DNA from: an uncultured Desulfarculus sp.
Lineage (GTDB): Bacteria; Desulfobacterota; Desulfarculia; Desulfarculales; Desulfarculaceae
DNA: 64,000 bases
Reading direction: 5' to 3'
NCBI GenBank assembly: GCA_963665125.2
Contig: CAXXUK010000001.1
Span: forward strand, 3,104,001 to 3,168,000
The notes beneath the pieces are model-generated. The model was not told where the DNA came from. It saw only the letters and a program-made list of their open reading frames with translations, and searched no databases. The translations under genes were made by a program, and so were the position numbers. The first letter of the stretch is position 1. Every line of letters starts with the position of its first letter. Shown piece after piece: positions 32,272 through 41,515 of this stretch.

Positions 32272-32970
32272 ATGGCCAGAAAAGACGAAAGAGGCAACGC
32301 GCTGATGCGCCCGGTGAGCATCCAGGCCGGGGTGAACCCATATGCCGAGGGCAGCGCCATGTGCTCATTCGGCAACACCAAGGTCTTGTGCACGGCCAGC
32401 GTGGAGGAAACGGTCCCCCGCTTTCTGGAAGGCAGCGGCAAGGGCTGGATCACCGCCGAATACGCCATGCTGCCCCGCTCCACCCACACCCGCACGGGCC
32501 GCGACCACTTCAAGGCCGGCCGGGCCAGCGAAATAAGCCGCCTGGTTGGCCGTAGCCTGCGGGCCGCGGCGGATTTGACGAGCATCGACGGCTACACCAT
32601 CCGCATCGACTGCGATGTGCTGGTGGCCGACGGCGGCACCCGCACGGCCTCCATCAGCGGCGGCTGGGTGGCCCTGGCCCTGGCCATGCGCGGCCTGGGC
32701 GCCAAGCCTCTGCGCCAGGTAACGGCCCTGAGCGCCGGACGGGTGGGCGGCGACCTGATGGTTGATTTATGTTACGAAGAAGACTCCACGGCGGAGCTGG
32801 ATATAAATCTGGTGCTGACTGCGGCCGGTGAATTGATCGAGGTCCAGGGCACCGGCGAAGACGGCGTGTTTTCGCCCCAGGAGTTAGTGGAGTTGGTGGA
32901 GCTTTGCCGCACCGAGTCGGCCCGCATTGTCCAGGCCCAGAACGCGGCCCTGGACGGAGGCGGCCGATGA
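32272..32970 (+). CDS. rph: Ribonuclease PH
   Basis: AEGSA..FGNTKVLCTAS, GWITAEYAMLPRST and ADGGTRTASI motifs. Confidence 0.97.
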   Translation: MARKDERGNALMRPVSIQAGVNPYAEGSAMCSFGNTKVLCTASVEETVPRFLEGSGKGWITAEYAMLPRSTHTRTGRDHFKAGRASEISRLVGRSLRAAADLTSIDGYTIRIDCDVLVADGGTRTASISGGWVALALAMRGLGAKPLRQVTALSAGRVGGDLMVDLCYEEDSTAELDINLVLTAAGELIEVQGTGEDGVFSPQELVELVELCRTESARIVQAQNAALDGGGR

Positions 32971-33560
32971 GGTTGGTCCTGGCCAGCGCCAACAAGGGCA
33001 AGCAGCGGGAGATAGCCGCCATCTGCGCGCCCATGGGCATCGAGGTCGTCACAGCGGCCGAGATGGGCTTCACCGATGACGTGCCCGAGACCGGCGATAC
33101 TTTCGAGGCCAACGCCAGGCTCAAGGCCGAGGCCGTGAGCAAGGCCCTGAACCTGCCCGCCCTGGCCGATGACTCCGGCCTGGTGGTGGAGGCCCTGGAC
33201 GGCGCGCCGGGCATCCACAGCGCCCGTTACGCCGGAGCGCATGGCGACGACAAGGCCAACTTTGAAAAGCTGCTGGCCGAGATGGCCGAAGTGCCCGAGC
33301 AAAAGCGCGGCGCGGCGTTTGTCTGTGTGATGGTCTGCCGCAAGCCCGGCGGCGCGGAGTTGGTTTCCCAGGGCCGTCTTGAGGGACGCATCGCTTTTAA
33401 GCCCGCGGGAGAGAGCGGATTCGGCTATGATCCGGTATTCTTTCTGCCGGAACGCGGCAGTACCGTGGCCCAGATCGGCGCGGATGAAAAAAACGCCATC
33501 AGCCACCGGGGCCAGGCTGTGCGTGAGTTGGCCCAAAAGCTTGAGCAGTTCTTGAAATAA
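32967..33560 (+). CDS. rdgB: Non-canonical purine NTP pyrophosphatase (Ham1 family)
   Basis: ADDSGLVVEAL, GFGYDPVF and KNAISHRG motifs; ATGA overlap with rph. Confidence 0.96.
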   Translation: MRLVLASANKGKQREIAAICAPMGIEVVTAAEMGFTDDVPETGDTFEANARLKAEAVSKALNLPALADDSGLVVEALDGAPGIHSARYAGAHGDDKANFEKLLAEMAEVPEQKRGAAFVCVMVCRKPGGAELVSQGRLEGRIAFKPAGESGFGYDPVFFLPERGSTVAQIGADEKNAISHRGQAVRELAQKLEQFLK

Positions 33561-33565
33561 GGTCG

Positions 33566-33642
33566 CGGGGCGTAGCGCAGCTTGGTAGCGCACCTGCTTT
33601 GGGAGCAGGGGGTCCCCGGTTCAAATCCGGGCGCCCCGACCA
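33566..33642 (+). tRNA. tRNA-Pro(TGG)
   Basis: CGGGGCGTAGCGCAGCTTGGTAGCGCACCTGCTTTGGGAGCAGG...GGTTCAAATCCGGGCGCCCCGACCA. Confidence 0.97.
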
Positions 33643-33740
33643 CATACCATCAACGGGATATGGCATAATCGCTGTGTCCCGTTTTTATTTGGGGAGCAAT
33701 AGCTGCGTGCGCATGCTTTCACCCGTGCCGGAGGTTATGG

Positions 33741-34826
33741 TTGTTGCCCAAAACACTAAAAATCGCATCATGGGTTTGCCTGATGCTTTTTATGGGAGGC
33801 TGCGCTGTGCTTGGTGACGACCCGGCAGGCGAAAGGCTGGCCAAATGCCGCATATCAACCAACTACGCCGCAAACGGCTTTGCGAACAAACCGCCGCTGG
33901 AACTGCCCGGAGGCTGGCAAATGGTTAAAATCGGATCCCAGCTTTTATTCAGTTCAAGCCGCAGACCTTCGGCGCCCCTGCCCGTGGATAGTTTGGGCAA
34001 GGCCGATTTTCCGGCCCGGCCCGCCGATCTGGCCCTGGTCTGGCTGGGGCATTCCTTTGTCATCCTGGATATCGAAGGCAAGCGCCTGGCCATAGATCCG
34101 GTATTCGGCAACGCCTCGCCGGTTCCGGGCATGATCAGCCGTTTTCAGGCCCCGCCCCTGAACCGGGAGGATCTGCCCCACCTGGACGGGGTGATCATCT
34201 CCCACGACCACTACGACCACCTGGAAATGGACACAATCAAGTACCTGGCGGCCAGGGGCGTCAAGTTCATCATGCCTTTGGGCGTGGGCGCCCGCCTGGA
34301 GGGCTGGGGATGCCCGGCGGACCAGATCATCGAACTGGACTGGGGGCAGGCCCACGACCTTGGCGGGCTGGAGATAATCGCCGAGGCATCGCGGCATTTC
34401 TCGGGCCGGGGCCTCATGGACCGCAATGCGACGTTATGGGCCAGTTGGGTCATCAGGGGGAACAAGCGCCGGGTCTACTACAGCGCCGACGGCGGGTTTG
34501 ACGATCGCTTTGCCCGCATCGGCCGGCAATACGGGCCGTTCGATCTGACCATGATCGAAATCGGAGCCTACAACCAGGCCTGGCCCAAGGTGCACATGTT
34601 CCCCGAACAGGCCGTGGAGGCCAACATGGCCCTAAAGGGCGAGGTCATGGTGCCGGTGCACTGGGCGGGCTATGATCTGTCTCTGCACCGCTGGGACGAG
34701 CCCATCAGGCGGGCCTGCGAGCACGCCGAGGCAAAAGGCGTGAGTCTGGCCACCCCGCGAATGGGCCAACGCTACATACCCGGCAATACTAAAACGGAAA
34801 AATGGTGGGAGGGGATCGAAAAATAG
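33741..34826 (+). CDS. MBL-fold hydrolase (RomA / NAPE-PLD-like), probable lipoprotein
   Basis: WLGHS, ISHDHYDHL, HFSGRG, IGAY and PVHW motifs. Confidence 0.9.
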   Translation: MLPKTLKIASWVCLMLFMGGCAVLGDDPAGERLAKCRISTNYAANGFANKPPLELPGGWQMVKIGSQLLFSSSRRPSAPLPVDSLGKADFPARPADLALVWLGHSFVILDIEGKRLAIDPVFGNASPVPGMISRFQAPPLNREDLPHLDGVIISHDHYDHLEMDTIKYLAARGVKFIMPLGVGARLEGWGCPADQIIELDWGQAHDLGGLEIIAEASRHFSGRGLMDRNATLWASWVIRGNKRRVYYSADGGFDDRFARIGRQYGPFDLTMIEIGAYNQAWPKVHMFPEQAVEANMALKGEVMVPVHWAGYDLSLHRWDEPIRRACEHAEAKGVSLATPRMGQRYIPGNTKTEKWWEGIEK

Positions 34827-34876
34827 AGGTTCGGGCGCCGGCATGCGTGCCCCCCGGCCAAAGGCTTTGACCCTGG

Positions 34877-35575
34877 TTATTCCACGCCGAGATAATGTTG
34901 GGCTATGCGGCCGACATCCACGTTTGAGTCGTCATCGAACTTGATGCCCAGCACCAATTTACCCCCGGTGTTCATCGCGTTGCGAACCTCGGCGGCAATC
35001 GGGTCCGGCTCCTTGCCTTGGCCCAGGTTCATCGTCAGCCGCACCTTGGAGCCGGCTTCAGTGGGCATCGACGCCCCAATGTCCAAAACAGCTTCGACCT
35101 GGCAGCCGCCCTGGGACAAATCCGTCACCGTGGCCAACAGGGTTATCGGAGGCTGGTCTTCTTCCTCGCACTCGATAGTGGCCGGTATTTGCACGCTGAC
35201 GCGCTTTTCCTGGGTCAGGGGCAAAGCCGACAGATCGCGGGGCCAGCCGACCAAAACCAGGGGCGGCTCGAAAATGACATGCATAGCCTGGCAGGCAAAG
35301 GCATACACCACGCCGCGGAGAATGTACCGGATCACCAGGATGTCGCCGCTGGAGACATGGCCGCTGACCAATAAATTGCGGGGGCAGCCCATGATCAAAT
35401 ATTTTCCCGTACTCCAACCGGCGAGTTCAAGGCGGAAACGTGATTCCGCGCCTTGTTTCTGGGCAATAACCTGGTGCCCCACGCGCAGGGCCGTCGACAA
35501 TTTTTCGGAGGAGTCAACCACCGCACTGTTTTGACCCGCCGTCGCGTTTGCCCCTGTGTTCTGCGCTGCGCTCAA
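34877..35575 (-). CDS. YcgR-like flagellar-brake / PilZ-domain protein
   Basis: N-terminal YcgR-type beta domain; PilZ DLSQGG and GIKF; TTG start behind GGGGGA. Confidence 0.8.
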   Translation of the reverse strand: MSAAQNTGANATAGQNSAVVDSSEKLSTALRVGHQVIAQKQGAESRFRLELAGWSTGKYLIMGCPRNLLVSGHVSSGDILVIRYILRGVVYAFACQAMHVIFEPPLVLVGWPRDLSALPLTQEKRVSVQIPATIECEEEDQPPITLLATVTDLSQGGCQVEAVLDIGASMPTEAGSKVRLTMNLGQGKEPDPIAAEVRNAMNTGGKLVLGIKFDDDSNVDVGRIAQHYLGVE

Positions 35576-35836
35576 AGATCCCCCTTAGTTCGATGATGCC
35601 AAACTTGATGCCAATGAGTCCTTGTGGACACTTACGCTGTCACATAGCCGTATAATATATTTTTTCGTTTTGTAACATAAAATGCAAGGCCGACCTATAT
35701 CACAATTGCCTTTCATTATAGTCTCTTTGCTACATTTCGGGATTAAACTACATTTTCTTTAATTTTTCCGACAAATATCAAAAGGGCTGTGTTTGGATGA
35801 AATTTAAACCTGGTCAGGCAGGCCTGTCCTCGTTGG

Positions 35837-35983
35837 TTAGTCCGGGCGCCCCTTCTTGTTTTGTACGGCTGGTCCTTGCCTTTCGGCTTTGTCGGCTTTT
35901 ATGCCCAACGCTGCACAGAACGCCGCCCCGCCCCAGGTCATGACAAACCCGAGAACCAGCAATACCCAGGCAGAAACGCTCAC
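35837..35983 (-). CDS. MetS-like small subunit of an NSS transporter (48 aa; absent from the ORF track)
   Basis: GTG start overlaps the upstream TGA (GTGA); translates as MSVSAWVLLVLGFVMTWGGAAFCAALGIKADKAERQGPAVQNKKGRPD, one TM helix with WGG. Confidence 0.75.
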   Translation of the reverse strand: MSVSAWVLLVLGFVMTWGGAAFCAALGIKADKAERQGPAVQNKKGRPD

Positions 35984-37467
35984 GGCACGTTCTCCCCTAA
36001 ACGTCTCGGATCCAACCTATTGGCCGCCAGCATGGCCAGCAGGCTAAAAGCCATCAAACCAAGACCGATGCCGATGGACATGGGGCTGAATTCCCCGCCG
36101 GCGTGCATGGCCAGGTCATCCCAAGCCAACAGGATTATGGTGACGGCCAACATGGGCGGATTGAGCCAACGCAAGCAAAATAGCCACCATCGGCCCACGG
36201 CAAAGTCCGAGGTCGCGTTGGCAAACCGCCTCATCTGCTCGATCCGGCGGCTGAACCAGGCGAACAGCATAAGCTCCAGTAGACCGCCGATGATCAGGCC
36301 AAAATTGCTTAGAAAATGGTCAGCAATATCCAGCAGATGCAGCCCGCCGTTGGTGGCAAAAACCAGGCTGGCCATAAAACCGCCCAGGCAGACCAGCGAT
36401 GTAACCGCATGCCTGTTCCCGCCCGAGGCCCGGATCACCGGCAGGGCCACAGCCTCGGACAAGCTGACCAGGGAACTGAGCCCAGCCAGCAATAGAGCAA
36501 CAAAAAACAGCGCCCCGGTCAGGCCGGGCATGGGCATAATGTCTATGGCCGCCGGAATGGTGATAAAAGCCAGGCTTACGCCGGAATCCACCACCTGATC
36601 CAACGGCACTCCCCGGCCGTGAGCCAGGGAGCCGAGCATGGCGAAAATCATTGTGCCGGCCAGGAGACTGAAGCCGCTGTTGAGGCAGACCGTGGTCACG
36701 GCGCTGCCGTTAATATCGGCGTCATCGGGCAGATAACTGGCATAGGAGATCATGATGGCGAAAAACACGCTGGCCGAATAAAAAACTTGGCTATAGGCAT
36801 CGGCCCAGACCCGGAAATCCAACAGCTGATTAAAATCAGGTTCAAAAAGCCAGTTGATGCCGTCGACGGCTCCGGGCAGGCGCAGGCTCAGCGTCAGCAT
36901 GGCCACAAGTAAAACCACAAGCAACGGCATGAACACCTTGCAGGCCAGTTCGATCCCGCGGTGGACGCCCCGCCAAATCACCAGCCACGTGGCCGCCCAC
37001 ACCCCGGCCAATCCCAGAACAATGGCCCAGCGTAATCCGCCCATGTCCAGGGGGCCGGAGCTCAGGGCCAAAAACGAATTAAAAAAAAACGCCTTGGGAT
37101 CGGAGCCCCAGGCGCCGGTTACGGCAAATACGGCGTAGCAGGCCGTCCAGGCCAGAATCACGGCATAGTAGGCCATGATCAAAAAGCACAGCACGACCTG
37201 CCACCAGCCCAGCTTGCGCCAGCTTCGGCCTAAAAACGCCAGGGAGCCGGGCGCACCCCTGCCGGTGCGCTTGCCCAGGCAGAATTCCATGATCAATAGC
37301 GGGGCGCCGGCCGTGAACACGGCAAATAGATATGGCACCAGAAACGCGCCGCCGCCGTTGTCATAGGCCATGTACGGAAAACGCCAGATATTGCCCAGGC
37401 CCACGGCAGAGCCTACGGCGGCCATGATGAATCCGGTTCGGGAGCCCCACTGTTCCTTGGCGGCCAA
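35980..37467 (-). CDS. Sodium-dependent NSS/SNF family transporter
   Basis: WGSRTGFIMAAVGSAVGLGNIWRFPY..NGGGAFLVPY signature. Confidence 0.96.
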   Translation of the reverse strand: MAAKEQWGSRTGFIMAAVGSAVGLGNIWRFPYMAYDNGGGAFLVPYLFAVFTAGAPLLIMEFCLGKRTGRGAPGSLAFLGRSWRKLGWWQVVLCFLIMAYYAVILAWTACYAVFAVTGAWGSDPKAFFFNSFLALSSGPLDMGGLRWAIVLGLAGVWAATWLVIWRGVHRGIELACKVFMPLLVVLLVAMLTLSLRLPGAVDGINWLFEPDFNQLLDFRVWADAYSQVFYSASVFFAIMISYASYLPDDADINGSAVTTVCLNSGFSLLAGTMIFAMLGSLAHGRGVPLDQVVDSGVSLAFITIPAAIDIMPMPGLTGALFFVALLLAGLSSLVSLSEAVALPVIRASGGNRHAVTSLVCLGGFMASLVFATNGGLHLLDIADHFLSNFGLIIGGLLELMLFAWFSRRIEQMRRFANATSDFAVGRWWLFCLRWLNPPMLAVTIILLAWDDLAMHAGGEFSPMSIGIGLGLMAFSLLAMLAANRLDPRRLGENVP

Positions 37468-39120
37468 TCAGACCCCCGCGTCTTCCAAGGCCTTGGTTAC
37501 GATGGCCCTGGCCTCCCGCTCCAACTGGGCCAGGTGTTCCTCGCCCTTGAAGCTCTCGGCGTAGATCTTGTAGATATCCTCGGTGCCCGAGGGCCTGGCC
37601 GCGAACCAGCCGTTTTCAGTGGTTACTTTCAGGCCGCCGATTGCCGCGTTGTTGCCGGGGGCCTTGGTCATTTTGGCTGTGATGGGCTCGCCGGCCAGTT
37701 CGGCGGCGGTGACCATGTCCGGCGAAAGCTTTTTGAGCACCTCTTTTTGCTCGCGGCCTGCGGGGGCGTCGCTGCGTCGGTACACCGGGCTGCCGTGACG
37801 GCTCTCCAGGACGGCGTACAGCTCGGCCGGGTCCTTGCCCGTCTTGGCCGTGATCTCGGCCGAAAGCAGATCCATGATGATGCCGTCCTTGTCCGTGGTC
37901 CAGACCGTGCCGTCCTGGCGCAGGAACGAGGCCCCGGCGCTTTCCTCGCCGCCAAAGCCGTACGATCCGTCGATGAGCCCGTCGACAAACCACTTGAAGC
38001 CCACCGGCACCTCCTTGAGTTGGCGGCCCAGTTCGGCGGCCACCCGGTCGATCATCGAACTGCTGACCAGGGTCTTGCCCACGGCGGCGGTTCCGGGCCA
38101 CTGGGGCCGGTTGCCGAACAGATAGCTGATGGCCACAGACAGGTATTGGTTGGGGTTCAAAAGCCCGGCCGTGCGGGTGACGATGCCGTGACGGTCGTAG
38201 TCCGGGTCGTTGCCGAAGGCGATGTCAAAGCGGTCGCGGTGTTCGATGAGCCCGGCCATGGCGTAGGGCGAGGAGCAGTCCATGCGGATCTTGCCGTCCT
38301 TGTCCACGGTCATAAAACTGAAGGTGGGGTCCACCACCGGGTTGACCACCTCCAGGTTCAGACCGTAGGTCTCGGCCATGGGCTCCCAAAAGGCCACGCC
38401 CGAGCCGCCCAGGGGATCGACGCCTATCTTCAGGCCCGCCGCGGCAATGGAGCGCATGTCCACGATGTTCTTCAGGTCGTCGACATAGGGCTTGATGTAG
38501 TCGTATTCATGGGTCGTGTCGGCCCTCAGGGCCCGGCTGAAATCCATGCGTTTCACGTCGTGCAGGGCCTGGGTCATGATCTGGTTGGCCCGGTCTTCGA
38601 TAACCTTGGTTACCGCCGTGTCGGCCGGTCCGCCGTGGGGTGGGTTGTACTTGAAGCCGCCGTCCCGGGGCGGGTTGTGCGACGGCGTGATCACAATGCC
38701 GTCGGCCAGGTGGTCCTTGCGGCCCCGGTTGTAACAGAGGATGGCGTGGCTGATCACCGGCGTGGGCGTGTAGCCCAGCCCGGCCTGGATCATCACCTGC
38801 ACGTTGTTCGCCGCCAACACCTCCAGGGCGCTGACCAACGCGGGCCAACTCAGGGCGTGGGTGTCCATGCCCATGTACAGGGGGCCGTCGATGCCCCGGC
38901 TGGCGCGGTATTCCACTATGGCCTGGCTGATGGCCAGCACATGGGCCTGGTTGAAGCTGTTGTCCAGGGATGAACCCCTGTGACCGCTGGTGCCGAAGGA
39001 TACCCGCTGGTCGGCCTCCGAGGGATCGGGTATGCCCGTGTAATAGGCGCTCACGAGCCGTGGTATATTTTCCAGAAGTTCTCGGGGAGCCGGTTTGCCT
39101 GCCAGTTCATGCACTGCCAT
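37468..39120 (-). CDS. pgm: Phosphoglucomutase
   Basis: [25 protein letters not shown] and GGEESAG motifs. Confidence 0.97.
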   Translation of the reverse strand: MAVHELAGKPAPRELLENIPRLVSAYYTGIPDPSEADQRVSFGTSGHRGSSLDNSFNQAHVLAISQAIVEYRASRGIDGPLYMGMDTHALSWPALVSALEVLAANNVQVMIQAGLGYTPTPVISHAILCYNRGRKDHLADGIVITPSHNPPRDGGFKYNPPHGGPADTAVTKVIEDRANQIMTQALHDVKRMDFSRALRADTTHEYDYIKPYVDDLKNIVDMRSIAAAGLKIGVDPLGGSGVAFWEPMAETYGLNLEVVNPVVDPTFSFMTVDKDGKIRMDCSSPYAMAGLIEHRDRFDIAFGNDPDYDRHGIVTRTAGLLNPNQYLSVAISYLFGNRPQWPGTAAVGKTLVSSSMIDRVAAELGRQLKEVPVGFKWFVDGLIDGSYGFGGEESAGASFLRQDGTVWTTDKDGIIMDLLSAEITAKTGKDPAELYAVLESRHGSPVYRRSDAPAGREQKEVLKKLSPDMVTAAELAGEPITAKMTKAPGNNAAIGGLKVTTENGWFAARPSGTEDIYKIYAESFKGEEHLAQLEREARAIVTKALEDAGV

Positions 39121-39358
39121 TTGTAGTCACCTCTTTTTTCGGGTTATTTCGACAGTAACAACATTTTCAGGCCGGTACAAGCCCGCCATGCGCATCGGCC
39201 CGTTGTAGGCGGATCGACATTGCCGGGCGCCCCACCCAAGCGCCTGCCGACCGATCCGGGGGGCCTATCCGGCGGCGGCTTTTTGAAACGCCTCACCAGA
39301 CCCGCCCGGCAACCCCCGCTAGGTTTGCTCCCAGCATATGAGCTGGAGGAGCGGACAC

Positions 39359-40087
39359 ATGGATAAAAAGACATTGGTGGGACACAAATGGGTAACCAGC
39401 GGCGGCAACAAGGCCTGCGCTGAGTGCGCGTCCATGAACGGCCTGGAATTTTATATCAACCCCGAACCGGGCCAGCTTCGCTATCCGGACGACATCCCCC
39501 GGAAGCCGCCCCTGCACCCCAACTGCCGCTGCAAGTTGGAGCCCATTACAGACTTTCGTCCGCTGGTTGAAAACGTAAGCTTTAGCGATTCATCCCCAAC
39601 GGAGCATAATCCTTATCTGCATGAGGATAGTGCTAAGGTCCTGGGAGGCTACTGGACCAACGATGGCCGTAGCATAAAAGATGGTCCGGCCAACTGGAAT
39701 TACTGCGGCAAGAACTGGACCGCCGGACGTAATCCCAATAATATGAAGCCTGGCGAGGATCACACCCTGCGCATGGAACCGGCCAATGACCTGGATGCTC
39801 ATTGTAAGGACCATGATGAGTGCTATGACCTGGCGGCGAGATCAGGCAATCCGAAGGAGGCGAGAGATAGATGTGACAGAACTCTTGTCGAGGAATCCCG
39901 GAAATTACCCAAAAATGCAGGACATTGGAAAACGCCGCCGGATAATGTTGAGGATGGTAACGACATAAGAGATGAGTTGATTTATTGGTTCGAAAAAAAG
40001 GTATGGTACTATGAAATGGAAAAACGTCACGGGGCCCAATATATGTTTGAAAACTACTTTCTATTATATATGCTGTTTCACGAATAG
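39359..40087 (+). CDS. MuF (phage minor head) C-terminal fragment fused to a phospholipase-A2-like toxin domain
   Basis: N-terminal KW..CAEC..MNG..PPLHPNCRC; C-terminal NYCG..W..G..P.NDLDAHCKDHDECY..CDRTL; ATG 39359 behind GGAGGAG. Confidence 0.8.
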   Translation: MDKKTLVGHKWVTSGGNKACAECASMNGLEFYINPEPGQLRYPDDIPRKPPLHPNCRCKLEPITDFRPLVENVSFSDSSPTEHNPYLHEDSAKVLGGYWTNDGRSIKDGPANWNYCGKNWTAGRNPNNMKPGEDHTLRMEPANDLDAHCKDHDECYDLAARSGNPKEARDRCDRTLVEESRKLPKNAGHWKTPPDNVEDGNDIRDELIYWFEKKVWYYEMEKRHGAQYMFENYFLLYMLFHE

Positions 40088-40105
40088 CGACACTTAGAGG
40101 GGGGG

Positions 40106-40390
40106 GTGATGCTTCGCAACTTGGATGTTTTTTGCGGGATAACATGTTGGCTAATTGCCTTGGCCATCCTTTGTGAAGTATATGGATTTTCCATTCCTTT
40201 TCTATCGTTCACCATGCTTGTTTTTGTTATGCCGGTTCTATATGTTGTCTTATTTTTGTTGACCATGTTTCCGAAAAGACGTCCGCGAAAAAAGCTTTGG
40301 TGGGTGTGGTTGTCCGTGCTTCCGGCCCTGCACGGTATGGCGATGATGGCGTTGATTATTTTGCTCTGGTCAGCTCCTGGTCGGCATTAA
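40106..40390 (+). CDS. Small three-TM membrane protein, candidate immunity protein 1
   Basis: AT-rich, hydrophobic, directly after the toxin; paralogue of the next gene. Confidence 0.7.
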   Translation: MMLRNLDVFCGITCWLIALAILCEVYGFSIPFLSFTMLVFVMPVLYVVLFLLTMFPKRRPRKKLWWVWLSVLPALHGMAMMALIILLWSAPGRH

Positions 40391-40423
40391 AAACAGCAAA
40401 ATTAATTATACTTGGGGGGCATT

Positions 40424-40699
40424 GTGTTTCGTAACTTTGATATTGTCTGTGGAGCGGGATGCTGGCTGATAGTTCTAATATATTATTTCCATGTATATTT
40501 TCCTGAATATAAGTTCCTTTCTTTAAAAACCAATATCATTGTTTTGCCTTTGGCCTGGGGCGTTTTGTTCTTTTTATCACTGTATCCCAAGCGTAGGCCT
40601 GCAAGAAAATTATGGTGGATCTGGCCTACAGCGCTTCCGGCTTTAAAATTTTTATTAAGTCCTATTATTATGCTCATTAGCATAGCACTAGGAATTTAA
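40424..40699 (+). CDS. Small three-TM membrane protein, candidate immunity protein 2
   Basis: Shares RN.D..CG..CWLI and PKRRP..KLWW.W...LPAL with the previous ORF; GTG start behind GGGGGG. Confidence 0.7.
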   Translation: MFRNFDIVCGAGCWLIVLIYYFHVYFPEYKFLSLKTNIIVLPLAWGVLFFLSLYPKRRPARKLWWIWPTALPALKFLLSPIIMLISIALGI

Positions 40700-40738
40700 T
40701 GATTTTTCCTATGCATTTCCGCGGCAATAAATGGGGGG

Positions 40739-41368
40739 ATGACAATGCCTGGTATTGAACAACAAATAGCCGATCATCTTAGCGAGCTTTCCGCCGCCGG
40801 CATCGCCTTGCAGGGCATGCGCTTCCGGGAGGATTGGGAGCCGCGGGTGGTACGCACCCTGGGCGGCATGGCGGAGCTGTGCCTGCTGCGCCTAAACGGG
40901 ATGTTGCCCGAGTTGTTGGCTCTGCCCGACCACAAACGGACCGTGGCGGGTCTGCATATGAGGTTGGGCCGGGCCTTGGCCCCCGTGGTATCCCGGCAGA
41001 GCCAAGCGGCCAAGGAAATCCTGCGCCAAATGGTGCGCCAGGAGGCCGCGGCCACGGGCGAGGCCCTGACCCTGGGCGGCCTGGCCGGAGACGCTCCCGG
41101 CCTGACAGGCACGGGCCGGGCCTATGAGCAGTTGGTGGACCATTTGGCCTGTTGCCGGGCCCTGGACCTGGTGGTGGGCAAGAGCTTTGTGGATGCAACC
41201 GGCCGGTTTGCCGCCGAGTTGGCGGGCGGTGCCGAAGACGCCGGAATGATGTTAAGCCTGGCTGAGGCGGCAAAGGCCTGGCGAAGCTCCCTGGAGCGCA
41301 TCGCCCGCACCACCACCCACCAGAGCGCCAATCTGGTGCGTGAGGCCGTTGGCGCGGCCATGTCATAA
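40739..41368 (+). CDS. Helical hypothetical protein resembling the N-terminal part of MuF
   Basis: 209 aa, host-like GC; ends LERIARTTTHQSANLVREAV, like the MuF 'RIART...AN' helix that normally precedes the Cys motifs. Confidence 0.6.
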   Translation: MTMPGIEQQIADHLSELSAAGIALQGMRFREDWEPRVVRTLGGMAELCLLRLNGMLPELLALPDHKRTVAGLHMRLGRALAPVVSRQSQAAKEILRQMVRQEAAATGEALTLGGLAGDAPGLTGTGRAYEQLVDHLACCRALDLVVGKSFVDATGRFAAELAGGAEDAGMMLSLAEAAKAWRSSLERIARTTTHQSANLVREAVGAAMS

Positions 41369-41515
41369 AAGCCGCCCGGCAGTATGGCCTGGCCTCTTGT
41401 CACCTTAACCATGCCCTGGCGTTCCAAACCCCGCGTTGACGGAGGCAATGGCCCAAAGTTAGAATGGGTTACTCATGCCGTTGAAAAAGCCGTCTTTTCA
41501 GCCGGAGGGCCCTTG

